Below, in pieces: positions 40,550 through 49,582 of a stretch of DNA of 64,000 nucleotides. This stretch comes from a virus. How positions within the stretch are numbered: position 1 is the first letter of the stretch; the number at the start of each line of letters is the position of its first letter. Position numbers and translations under genes: made by a program. Location of the stretch: IMG/VR virus record IMGVR_UViG_3300044730_001822, positions 69,427 through 133,426 of that record. The stretch is one strand, 5' to 3'. Under the pieces are notes generated by a model, which saw nothing but the letters and a program-made list of their open reading frames with translations, was not told the DNA's origin and ran no database searches.

Positions 40550-41619
40550 CCAACTATTTCAGTTACCTCAAGACCACAGAAACCTGTAATCTAAACTGCC
40601 AACACTGCTTTACTTCAGGCACACAAGGGCGGAAGATTTTTTGGAATCCCGATCAGGTGGCAGATTTTTTCTTGAGATTTCGCGATTATGTTGGTCAGGC
40701 CAACGGAATGCACTATGAATTCCACGGCGGTGAACCTTTTTTAGCTCCAGTGTCAGACATGATCGATGTCTACGAGAAATTAAAAAATAGTTTTGATCAA
40801 ACTTCTTTTGGATGTACCAGCAATCTCACTTTTAAACTAACGCCAGACATAGAACAGTTCATACACGGACCATTGGGAAAACGAATAGGTACCAGTTGGG
40901 ATCCTGCCATAAGATTTGCTAATCAACGACAGGAGAGTCTCTGGAGACACAATGTAGAGCGCCTGCTGAACAGTGGAGTAACAATAAAATTGTTTGTGAG
41001 CGTAACACAAGATACCATCAGCATAGAACCAATCAAACTAATGGAATGGGTCCGGGATCTAGGAGTCCAGGAGTTGGATCTTGAACGTTTAACCAACAAC
41101 GGAAATGCAAGGCTGCATCCAGGAATATTTCCCGACAATCGTGATCAGGATGCTTGGTTTTTACGCCTGCATCATCAGATACAAGAACATGGAGCAAGAT
41201 CTTGGTTTACCAACGAATTCATGGAAAATATCTATGCCAAGTTTGAACAAAATTTGATAGGAGCAGGCACATTCTGCAGAGATTGCGAACAAAAACTGTT
41301 TACTATCAATGCCGACGGCACCATTGGTGGTTGCCCAAATGCTGCGCCCGAAGAAGGGTTTGGGCATATTTCTATGGGCATAGCGGAAATTATGACGCAT
41401 CCACAGCGCATACACAACATAGCCTGCGAATCGCATAGAAACCCATTGTGCTATGATTGCGATGTGTTTGATAAATGCGGATCAGACTGCCATCAATTGG
41501 GCTGGCAACACGACGTCTGTGGTGCCCCAAAAAGTCTCATGCGAGAGTTGAAATTTGGTCAGAAAATAGCGGCAAAAAACCCACGCATCTTTCGGATTCA
41601 GCCCGCTTCTACAATATAA
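40546..41619 (+). CDS. radical SAM/SPASM enzyme 1
   Basis: CNLNCQHC; FHGGEP; SPASM cysteines CRDC...GCP...CYDCDVFDKCGSDC...C. Confidence 0.9.
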   Translation: MTNYFSYLKTTETCNLNCQHCFTSGTQGRKIFWNPDQVADFFLRFRDYVGQANGMHYEFHGGEPFLAPVSDMIDVYEKLKNSFDQTSFGCTSNLTFKLTPDIEQFIHGPLGKRIGTSWDPAIRFANQRQESLWRHNVERLLNSGVTIKLFVSVTQDTISIEPIKLMEWVRDLGVQELDLERLTNNGNARLHPGIFPDNRDQDAWFLRLHHQIQEHGARSWFTNEFMENIYAKFEQNLIGAGTFCRDCEQKLFTINADGTIGGCPNAAPEEGFGHISMGIAEIMTHPQRIHNIACESHRNPLCYDCDVFDKCGSDCHQLGWQHDVCGAPKSLMRELKFGQKIAAKNPRIFRIQPASTI

Positions 41620-41622
41620 ATA
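41615..41622 (+). promoter_or_regulatory. perfect T4 late promoter TATAAATA, 5 nt before ATG of CHSS protein 1
   Basis: TATAAATAtaagcATG. Confidence 0.7.
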
Positions 41623-41627
41623 TAAGC

Positions 41628-42404
41628 ATGGCACAAATTCAATCTAATTCACTGATAAATGCTTCTAATGTAGTCAGCTCTTTTTTCACAGAAGTAGTTA
41701 GCGTTAATTCTTCGGGCACAGGAGCAACCGTGGCCAAGAACAACAATACAAATTTAGCCGATGCCGTGGTATGGGGTCCAACCGGAGGTGGACTAGGACA
41801 ACAATGGCCCACAATGACTGCCGCAGAAATTCCCCTATGGCAATCACAGTTTTCTGGTGGTACTGGGAGTTTTGCGTTAAATAGAACCGGGGCAGTGGCA
41901 GCAGGATCAAATGCCTGGGCCACCGGCAGCGTGACTCCAACTAATTTTAATTCTGCAGCACCCGGTACACCGCAAGATCCTGTTTACGCCAGCAAGTATT
42001 CAGGTTCGGGAGTACCCAGTTCCACAGCATTGTTATATACGGCTGCCAGACAATATCTTTCAATCAATTGGACCACAGCCACTAGATATCTACTGGGCGG
42101 TAGTCCCACTGTATATGGGCCTTTTAAAGGTACCTTTAATACTGCTCAGTTCTCTAATAATTTTAACAATTCTATTGGACCATTGGGATACGATGGCGGC
42201 GAGGATTTAGGCAGTGTAGCCGACTCTACCTATGGTGCCGGTAACACTGTGGCCAATCCGTCGGATCAAACTGAGTGGGGCATCAATAATTATTTCCAAG
42301 CACTAAAGACTGCTTTCAATTCAAGGCCAGTATCTACGGTCAGTATCACAGTTTGTCATTCTAGTTGTCACAGTAGCTGCCACGGAAGCCGTGGCAGGAG
42401 ATAA
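41628..42404 (+). CDS. CHSS-tail protein 1 (258 aa; putative modified structural protein / RiPP-like substrate)
   Basis: G/S/T/N/A-rich body with no Cys or His; C-terminus CHSSCHSSCHGSRGRR. Start reassigned from 41475 to ATG 41628 behind the late promoter. Confidence 0.8.
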   Translation: MAQIQSNSLINASNVVSSFFTEVVSVNSSGTGATVAKNNNTNLADAVVWGPTGGGLGQQWPTMTAAEIPLWQSQFSGGTGSFALNRTGAVAAGSNAWATGSVTPTNFNSAAPGTPQDPVYASKYSGSGVPSSTALLYTAARQYLSINWTTATRYLLGGSPTVYGPFKGTFNTAQFSNNFNNSIGPLGYDGGEDLGSVADSTYGAGNTVANPSDQTEWGINNYFQALKTAFNSRPVSTVSITVCHSSCHSSCHGSRGRR

Positions 42405-42406
42405 CC

Positions 42407-43189
42407 ATGACTATCTCCACCGGTGATCTAATAAGATCTCAAAATCCCGGCAACGCTCAAAGCATAATACAAAGTTTTATCAATGGATATCTGGCATCTA
42501 CCAATGCCAACAGTCCTAACAACAGTCTTGTGTTTTATACCGGGAGTTATCCAACTAGAACTGTTCCCACAGCATATCGTGCATCAGCCGACGCAGTTTA
42601 TGCTGGTCTGGGCTTATTCACTGGCATCGGTAATCGTGTGTCTAATGTTATATCAGACAGTAATATAGCCAACGTCAGTAACAATACTATATTTGCCAAT
42701 ACGGGCGTGACGTTGACTTATGGTAACAATGCAGCCCAGGCCATAACCACCGGCAATACATACACAGGATTCAGCCAAATATTTTTTAGAGAATTACAAA
42801 GATATTTGATTTATAGAAACATCTATGCCAGCACTTCTATCACAGGTAATATGTATCCTGCCAACGTTCCATTTATTGATCAAGGCAAAGGCTTGATCGA
42901 TCCTAGTTTTTCAGGAGCAGGAGTAACCAATTGGAATGGTGGAGCCATTGATCCAAATGCTATAACAAATCCCGCTGGTAATGCTAATTTAGCCACAGAC
43001 AGTGCGGTCAGTGCCGACACCAATGGTATCATTGGTGGAGAAGATGCCACAGCTTTTAATACCTATTGGTCACAGTTGATGACCAATTGGGTGGCAGCTT
43101 ATTCGGGCACTGGTACTATTTCAATCACTACAACATTATGCCACAGCAGTTGCCACAGCAGTTGCCATGGTTCACGAGGACGGAGATAA
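42407..43189 (+). CDS. CHSS-tail protein 2 (260 aa; paralogue of protein 1)
   Basis: Same composition, no Cys or His outside the tail; identical C-terminal 16 aa. Confidence 0.85.
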   Translation: MTISTGDLIRSQNPGNAQSIIQSFINGYLASTNANSPNNSLVFYTGSYPTRTVPTAYRASADAVYAGLGLFTGIGNRVSNVISDSNIANVSNNTIFANTGVTLTYGNNAAQAITTGNTYTGFSQIFFRELQRYLIYRNIYASTSITGNMYPANVPFIDQGKGLIDPSFSGAGVTNWNGGAIDPNAITNPAGNANLATDSAVSADTNGIIGGEDATAFNTYWSQLMTNWVAAYSGTGTISITTTLCHSSCHSSCHGSRGRR

Positions 43190-43192
43190 CAA

Positions 43193-43924
43193 ATGTCAAA
43201 CACAATTCATACTATCGCACCCATCAGTTTAGATAATCTAAAATTATATTTTGCAGATAAAACTATAAACTATCTTGTGGATTATAAAAACAGCAAATTG
43301 CAAGGTCAAAAGTTACTTACATATCTTGGAAACTTAGATCTCAAAGCAGATATCCAAATCGACGATGCCCGCGATCCAGAATTCCTTGAACTACTTAAGG
43401 TATACTTCGAAAGCACCACCTTGGTCAATGTGCCTTCTTTGGAAAGAGCTGCTATACAGGTGTTGTTTGAATATCGCGGACTAGTACCCAGTGATTTTTT
43501 CTCGGAATTTATACAAAATAATCAAGAGGTATTAAGTTCCTGGACTAGTAAGTTAGATAGTCTGGTGCTGTACAATACTTGGATTATCAATGATCAAGCA
43601 GCCAAAGACGAAGTGTCGTCTTTCCCCTTAGATGAAACTGACAGCATAGATGGCATAAACTGGGTTAGTTTGCTTAAACACGAAGATTTTTACTTTTACT
43701 TTCAAACCGTTGATTTTTCAAATTTAAAGAACTATACTCGCTATTTTAACGAAAATCTGTTTAAAGGCAAGAATCTCTATACTTTTTGGGCCAACGAAAA
43801 AAATCCTATGTTTCTTATCACTTGGGGCATATTAGAGCAACAAATAAATAGTACTGAGTGGGCCACACTGCTGAACAAAGCCACACAAGAGATTAAGGAT
43901 CAAGAAAATGCTACATCTGTTTAA
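43193..43924 (+). CDS. hypothetical protein in the radical SAM cluster
   Basis: 243-aa ORF 3 nt after CHSS protein 2; no motif recognised. Confidence 0.7.
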   Translation: MSNTIHTIAPISLDNLKLYFADKTINYLVDYKNSKLQGQKLLTYLGNLDLKADIQIDDARDPEFLELLKVYFESTTLVNVPSLERAAIQVLFEYRGLVPSDFFSEFIQNNQEVLSSWTSKLDSLVLYNTWIINDQAAKDEVSSFPLDETDSIDGINWVSLLKHEDFYFYFQTVDFSNLKNYTRYFNENLFKGKNLYTFWANEKNPMFLITWGILEQQINSTEWATLLNKATQEIKDQENATSV

Positions 43925-45035
43925 AAGGGTATATTTGTCCATAGATGAAACCCTAGATACATCTAATCATAGAATTGTGATAAGCCAAGATTATGGTTAT
44001 CCAATGGTCACAGATCAAACTAACCTTGGTACTCTACTAAATTACGCCACAAGTTTAGATGCTGTTATTGGTCCCGACGCAGCGTTTGCTAACTATCTTG
44101 GGTTTTTTAATTACCTAGATGGCCAGTGCGATAGTCTTGATGCACAGTTGGTTGTATATGCCGATAAAGATGCATTTGTAAAACTATCAACTAACTTTTT
44201 ACGAGCAGCACTGCCATTGGCCAACGCACAAGATATATATAGGATCCTATCTTACTATCTTGCTAGACAAAATTTACTTTGCTCCAGTGCAAATTATTAC
44301 AGCCCTGTACAGAATGTTGAAAGGCTCAAAAGCAAGACAGGTATCACGCAAGAAGAAGTTTCTGCAGAGTTTTTTGCCAATCGAGTCAATCCACCGGATT
44401 TCTATGCTTTTTTTGCTTCTAAGTACAAGGATCTCAGTATCGAGTACGTGGCAGCAACTTATAGTTACAACGGACGTCTGGCAACCGAGATGGCCGAACA
44501 GCTGAGATCATTTGCCATCAAACACGCTTATATGTGTGCTATCGAATCTAGACAAGCAATCTGTGACACTTTGTTATCTGCACATACACAGTCAGTATTA
44601 AATCTCGCCAATCTTCCAGTGCAAGAAATGATCAATGTAGTTAAAAACGCTGATAGTACTGCAATCTTTTTTGATGAAAGAGTATTCCCCAGAGAGGAAT
44701 CTACAGTCAGTCTTGATGCCAATTGGCGCAAATTATCAACAGCAGATATTGTAAAACTGTCAAGGATGTCTATCAAGGTACTACACGAAATTGAAAAATG
44801 GCCCATCATGCAAGATCTAGGTTATAACTCCATGCAGGTTTTACAGGCTATAGTTGATATCAATAATCCCCAGGCCTGGCAACGACATGCAGATAAAATG
44901 TTAGACAATCTTTGTCTTGTGGCCAATGAAGCAGAGCCACATAAAGTCAATGCATTGCTAGTAAATTATATCACAGAAAATCGTGGTGCCAATAAAGATT
45001 TATTGCGACCTTTTGTTGTCAACGGTTGTTACTAA
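43908..45035 (+). CDS. hypothetical protein in the radical SAM cluster
   Basis: 375-aa ORF overlapping the previous gene; no motif recognised. Confidence 0.7.
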   Translation: MLHLFKRVYLSIDETLDTSNHRIVISQDYGYPMVTDQTNLGTLLNYATSLDAVIGPDAAFANYLGFFNYLDGQCDSLDAQLVVYADKDAFVKLSTNFLRAALPLANAQDIYRILSYYLARQNLLCSSANYYSPVQNVERLKSKTGITQEEVSAEFFANRVNPPDFYAFFASKYKDLSIEYVAATYSYNGRLATEMAEQLRSFAIKHAYMCAIESRQAICDTLLSAHTQSVLNLANLPVQEMINVVKNADSTAIFFDERVFPREESTVSLDANWRKLSTADIVKLSRMSIKVLHEIEKWPIMQDLGYNSMQVLQAIVDINNPQAWQRHADKMLDNLCLVANEAEPHKVNALLVNYITENRGANKDLLRPFVVNGCY

Positions 45036-45046
45036 AAGAGGATACC

Positions 45047-46099
45047 ATGAATGTTGGCATTCGGGATTTTATCTTAGAACGTAAACGAGACACCGAACAA
45101 GAATATACCATACACTTATTTGAGTTTTGTAATCTCAGTTGCCAATTTTGTTGGCAAGACCACAATGACATACGCGGTATAGACACCGTTAGAAGTCTAA
45201 TGCCCAAACTAAAGCAGATGCTGGCCCGAGAAAGTCGTGATCGGGTCATACTGAACTTCATGGGCGGCGAGATCTTTGCTCCAAAGATCTTTACACATCA
45301 ACTGCTGGAAGATTACTACTACATCATTGATTCGGTCAAGATGTGGCAATCCGAACTAGATAAAAAGATCATAGTCAATTGGGTGACCAATTTGGTATTC
45401 GATGCAGAGCAGAGAGATTTTGTCAAATCCTTGTTACAGTACGCAGACAACCTAGCAGTCAAGTCACGACTGACTACCAGTTACGATGCCCTGGGCCGTT
45501 TCAATCGCGGCGATCTAGAAAAGTGGAAATCAAACGTAGAATACTTTAGGAGTGACATAGAAGGTGTCAGTATGTTGCTCAGTGGTCCAAACATCAGGAA
45601 TCTTTTAAAGAATAGAGATACTGTGTTCCAGTGGATCTACAACAGCGGATTGTATATCTACTTTGATTACTATATGCCCGACAAAACCGCCGACTATCAA
45701 GCACCGTCGGACCAAGAACTGTATGATGCATTTGTGTTCTTGATCGATAACTACCCTCAGGTGCATCCTGTGGCCGAGTGGATCAACTACAGCCGAAACT
45801 TTGCCAGTTGCCGCAGCAGCAAACTTTTGTTGTGGGATGGTACTGAATGTATGTGTGGCAATCTTGTGCAAGAAGAAAAAAGTATCAAGTTCTATCGCAG
45901 TAAAATCCAAACCAACGACAACAGTGACATAGAAGAAAACTTTCTAAAGAAACACGACTGTATCAGTTGCCAATGGTTAGATCGCTGTACCTTCAGTTGC
46001 TTTATGCAACACGACAACAAATACCGAGACGAGTTTCCTGACTGCGTCTATGCTAGAATCTTTGATTACGCACACGCCAATGATAAGTTGTTGGCATAA
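45047..46099 (+). CDS. radical SAM/SPASM enzyme 2
   Basis: CNLSCQFC; MGGE; C-terminal C...CMC...CISCQWLDRCTFSC...C. ATG 45047 follows a GAGGA SD. Confidence 0.88.
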   Translation: MNVGIRDFILERKRDTEQEYTIHLFEFCNLSCQFCWQDHNDIRGIDTVRSLMPKLKQMLARESRDRVILNFMGGEIFAPKIFTHQLLEDYYYIIDSVKMWQSELDKKIIVNWVTNLVFDAEQRDFVKSLLQYADNLAVKSRLTTSYDALGRFNRGDLEKWKSNVEYFRSDIEGVSMLLSGPNIRNLLKNRDTVFQWIYNSGLYIYFDYYMPDKTADYQAPSDQELYDAFVFLIDNYPQVHPVAEWINYSRNFASCRSSKLLLWDGTECMCGNLVQEEKSIKFYRSKIQTNDNSDIEENFLKKHDCISCQWLDRCTFSCFMQHDNKYRDEFPDCVYARIFDYAHANDKLLA

Positions 46100-46736
46100 T
46101 CATAACGGACTGCCTTTTTGCCAAACTGATCTCAACTGTGGCATAGATGTTCCGGCAGTATCTAAAACAGTTGATATCAAAGTTCCTGAATGGTTGCAGG
46201 CCTGCGAACTTACAGATACCGTATTTGACTACACATCTGACGCAAGTATATTTCCACCCTGCGTGAATTTCTTTGGACGACCGCTCGAGGATCGCGTGAC
46301 AGTGCTAGGCATAAGATTAGAATCAGCATCGGGTGTTTTTGCCCACAGCGGCTTCATTGAAAAATCTCTACGGAATATCAGCCAACCGCTGAGCGGTACG
46401 CCCAGGGGAGTTGATAATATGCTGCCGGTAGCTTGGATTGGTTCGGAACAGTATCAAGGCAGCACCTATGTCAACAACAATCAAGTATCAGGACATCTAA
46501 GAAATTTGCTATCTAGAAAACAACTAAAAGAAATACATATTCTTCTAATGGATTTTGTTGAACAACGTCAATCAGTAAAAGTAGCGCATCATACCACCAT
46601 AGCACATTGGATCAAACAGCATGGACGTCAAGGTCAGAGATATATGCAATTTCCCTATACCAGTAGAGTCATGCGTGGGTGGATAAAAATTGAAGAATAC
46701 GGTTGGCTATGGTGGACTAGGCCATTAATTCGTTGA
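46080..46736 (+). CDS. hypothetical protein
   Basis: ORF overlapping the end of rSAM 2; start uncertain (46050 or 46080). Confidence 0.55.
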   Translation: MISCWHNHNGLPFCQTDLNCGIDVPAVSKTVDIKVPEWLQACELTDTVFDYTSDASIFPPCVNFFGRPLEDRVTVLGIRLESASGVFAHSGFIEKSLRNISQPLSGTPRGVDNMLPVAWIGSEQYQGSTYVNNNQVSGHLRNLLSRKQLKEIHILLMDFVEQRQSVKVAHHTTIAHWIKQHGRQGQRYMQFPYTSRVMRGWIKIEEYGWLWWTRPLIR

Positions 46737-48363
46737 CTAGAAGCAGCCGTATCATTGAATCATTGCTGGCAATAAAATCTGCTATGACATCTTGCTTGTA
46801 TCGTTGTTGTCCCGAATCATCCGCGAGATAAAACAAATCTCTGGCTTCGGTTGTGCAATCGTATAAATCAACTATCTGTTGATGTATGTGATCAAATCCC
46901 GGGCAGCTTTGCAGTATAGGGTACATACGTCTCATAAAGTCACTGATACTGATTGAATCTCGATACTGATCATAGTAGTTCATTCTTAAAGATTGTGCTG
47001 CTTGATTCATGAAATACATTTCATATAAATCTTGCCGAGAAAAACTATAGCAGCTGGCAATGGTATGAAAGTAATTTTTAGTGCCAAACATACTGGTGCT
47101 GTAGATAGCAGTCAGCTCCACTGAATGCTTTTCTAAATCGCCGGTGCTACTGGCCTCGGTAGCAGGTAGATAACTATATTCAAATCTAGGATCTGACCAA
47201 GAATGCAGTATCTCCATCATTGCAAATTCACTGTAGAAGTCGTCGATGGTGCTGCCCGGCATGCCCATTATAAATTCCACTGAAGCAATCTCTTTGATCT
47301 CTGCATAGGGTCTGCGGAAAAACTCTTCTCCGTATCGGTCTTTTAATCTATCGCGTATGTGATAGCACAGTTCAAACTGTTGCTCTAGTGTTAGATCGGG
47401 TCGTAGGGCATTGGTCAATGCTTCCTGGCTAAAGGTCTGAACCGATAAATTGGCACGCAGGCCTAGATTCACCAGTTGATCAATAATTCTTTTTTTACGC
47501 TCTAGCTTTTCTGTTTTTAGCAAACTCAACACATGAACACGCATACCTTTGCGTTTGATGATTTCTAGCATTTCAAAGTCGCGCTTTTCCAGCATTCCTA
47601 TGTTGGAATCAATCAAATCTATGGTCTTGAAACCCAGTTCTTCGATGCAATCCAAATCCTCGCGTATCTGCTCGATTGTTTTCTTTTCTAGTTTGACACC
47701 AGTTCCGCCACCCCACTCGCAGAAGGTACAGCGGAAAGGACAACCTCTGGTGCTTTCGTAGGTCATGCTCACAGGCATACCGCGGCTTTCAAAGTAGGCC
47801 TTGGCACGAGCTATATAGTCATAGTGTTCGCGATACACGCTAACATATGGATAGTAAAAACTCTTTTTAAGTCCACGACTTTTGATATCGAACGCTATCT
47901 CCAATGGATCGGGACGTCCGTTATTTTTAAACCAACTGTCAATCCAATCCTGCATATACAACTCTGCTGGCATGGTAGGTTCGCAGATGTAATCATACAT
48001 GGAATAACGATGTTCAAAATCTTTACGGTGTATGTCTACCTGCGGCCCGCCTATCTGTGTCAATATATGTGGATGATGCTGCTTGATCCAGCAGGCGGCC
48101 TGATCGTTGATTGAATAGTTCCAGATATAACTGCTGAACATGATGACATCGGCATCAACATATCGCTCAATGGCCTCTTCTACGGTCTTGATATCATACC
48201 AATCGTATATGGGTTCAATCCATTCTACTGAATCTCTATGCCTGCCATGTAAATCGTAATGCGTCTTGGCAAACATCCAAGTGAGATTCCAAGCATAAAA
48301 ATCTCTCTCTGCACTGGGATTGAAAAAGGCTATCCTCAAAGGACTCGTATTTGATCTTGCCAT
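46717..48363 (-). CDS. B12-binding-class (class B-like) radical SAM enzyme
   Basis: N-terminal Rossmann-like domain (FSSYIWN...GGPQ) then YESTRGCPFRCTFCEWG, D-N-G, SVQT, I-GMPG-T. Confidence 0.8.
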   Translation of the reverse strand: MARSNTSPLRIAFFNPSAERDFYAWNLTWMFAKTHYDLHGRHRDSVEWIEPIYDWYDIKTVEEAIERYVDADVIMFSSYIWNYSINDQAACWIKQHHPHILTQIGGPQVDIHRKDFEHRYSMYDYICEPTMPAELYMQDWIDSWFKNNGRPDPLEIAFDIKSRGLKKSFYYPYVSVYREHYDYIARAKAYFESRGMPVSMTYESTRGCPFRCTFCEWGGGTGVKLEKKTIEQIREDLDCIEELGFKTIDLIDSNIGMLEKRDFEMLEIIKRKGMRVHVLSLLKTEKLERKKRIIDQLVNLGLRANLSVQTFSQEALTNALRPDLTLEQQFELCYHIRDRLKDRYGEEFFRRPYAEIKEIASVEFIMGMPGSTIDDFYSEFAMMEILHSWSDPRFEYSYLPATEASSTGDLEKHSVELTAIYSTSMFGTKNYFHTIASCYSFSRQDLYEMYFMNQAAQSLRMNYYDQYRDSISISDFMRRMYPILQSCPGFDHIHQQIVDLYDCTTEARDLFYLADDSGQQRYKQDVIADFIASNDSMIRLLLVNELMA

Positions 48364-48923
48364 TGCTCTTGTATTCTGTATCCAAACACCATGCTTTGTC
48401 TATCGGTATCGCCAAAGTAAGGCCGTATTTTATGTATGAGATATCCAGGAAACATGACCAAGCGATTACTGAATGGTCTGATATGCACTGCATTGTCGGG
48501 CCAATTGAGTGCTGTAAAGTTTTTGTAGATGCTTAGTTCTCCGCCTGCCCAGTTTTGTTCAGTGTATTCGCTGCGGATATACAGTATGCAGGCCAAGAAG
48601 TAATTCTCTGCTATGTCTTCGTGCGGTTCCCAAAAAGGATTCTGCCAATTTGATTTATTATAAGCACGAAAGTTGGCTATCTGGAAGTTTGTGAGTTGTA
48701 ATCTCTCTGCGTCTATGTTGAGATCTTGGCAGTAGTTATAAACGCAGGCATCGATACGAAACTTGACATTGTCAAAATATGCACATTCGCTGGGATCAAG
48801 ACTGATATAGAATTCTTGTTTATTTAGAAATTTCTCTGTGATGAATTCACTGATGTTATCCCTTAATCTATCATCTAACAGGCCATCCTCGACGATGATG
48901 TTATCTCGAAATTGATGTATCAT
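48336..48923 (-). CDS. 2OG-Fe(II) oxygenase (prolyl-4-hydroxylase-like fold)
   Basis: PHED...ILY...W-GGEL...P--NRLV-FPG---H-I-P...R-S. Confidence 0.85.
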   Translation of the reverse strand: MIHQFRDNIIVEDGLLDDRLRDNISEFITEKFLNKQEFYISLDPSECAYFDNVKFRIDACVYNYCQDLNIDAERLQLTNFQIANFRAYNKSNWQNPFWEPHEDIAENYFLACILYIRSEYTEQNWAGGELSIYKNFTALNWPDNAVHIRPFSNRLVMFPGYLIHKIRPYFGDTDRQSMVFGYRIQEQWQDQIRVL

Positions 48924-49534
48924 AGTATGCGATTAGGATAGCACTTGAGGTCTCGTAGTCCCCAACAGTTGATTATGGCTGTGCGTGGTGTATGGCCAAA
49001 ATAAGGGTTCACACGATGTACATTGAAAGCACTGAACACTATCAGTCTATTCAGCAAAGGTTTAATCCTCACAGTGTTTTTGGGAAATTGGCCACAACTT
49101 AGATCCTTGTACAATATCAATTCGCCACCTACCCATTGATCCGATTGTTCATATTCGCTATTGACATACAGTATGGTATTGATAAACACATTTTCGGCCA
49201 TGTCATGATGTGGTTCGTGGAAAGCGTCACGGCTCATGTGTTCATTGAATCGATTTAGCCAAGCAACCTGGCAATTGGTATACTCAAGGTTATCCCAATC
49301 AACATCTACCTGCATACAGTGTTCCAAGGCCGCTGCTTCGACCATGGGAAAAAGCCGGCGCATGATCAAACTATGGTTGTCATTGATATCTTGATTGATT
49401 AAACTATAGGTATTGCCTGCAGGAGCGATGGTGGCTATCTGATGGTCGCACTCTTTCTGCAGTTCTTGTAAAAGATCTGCATCAACAAAATTTTCATGTA
49501 TGGAAAGGTGTTCAGACCACAGCGTATGTAGCAT
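48920..49534 (-). CDS. 2OG-Fe(II) oxygenase, paralogue of the adjacent gene
   Basis: PHHD...ILY...W-GGEL...P--NRLIVF----H-V-PY-G--PR; shares EPHxDxAEN, GGELxxYK and PYFGxT with 48336-48923. Confidence 0.85.
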   Translation of the reverse strand: MLHTLWSEHLSIHENFVDADLLQELQKECDHQIATIAPAGNTYSLINQDINDNHSLIMRRLFPMVEAAALEHCMQVDVDWDNLEYTNCQVAWLNRFNEHMSRDAFHEPHHDMAENVFINTILYVNSEYEQSDQWVGGELILYKDLSCGQFPKNTVRIKPLLNRLIVFSAFNVHRVNPYFGHTPRTAIINCWGLRDLKCYPNRIL

Positions 49535-49582
49535 ACCAGTATTTAGCGACCCAGTATTTTAGCACAGTAAATACTTGGTATG
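49532..49582. promoter_or_regulatory. back-to-back divergent late promoters forming an inverted repeat
   Basis: CATACCAGTATTTA (49532-49545) ... TAAATACTTGGTATG (49568-49582); each arm is TAAATA + 5-6 nt + ATG. Confidence 0.65.

Noticed and set aside
41475-41627. Track's 51-aa N-terminal extension of CHSS protein 1
   Set aside because: Overlaps rSAM 1 in another frame; a perfect late promoter points to ATG 41628.
42354-42401. c-type cytochrome (CxxCH) interpretation
   Set aside because: Spacing is CX3CH with overlapping motifs; no signal peptide and no ccm genes seen. Kept only as a minor alternative.
42354-43186. CHSS tails as a DNA repeat, DGR template/variable pair or CRISPR-like unit
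   Set aside because: Differences are all synonymous and not adenine-specific; no reverse transcriptase and no spacer array in the window.
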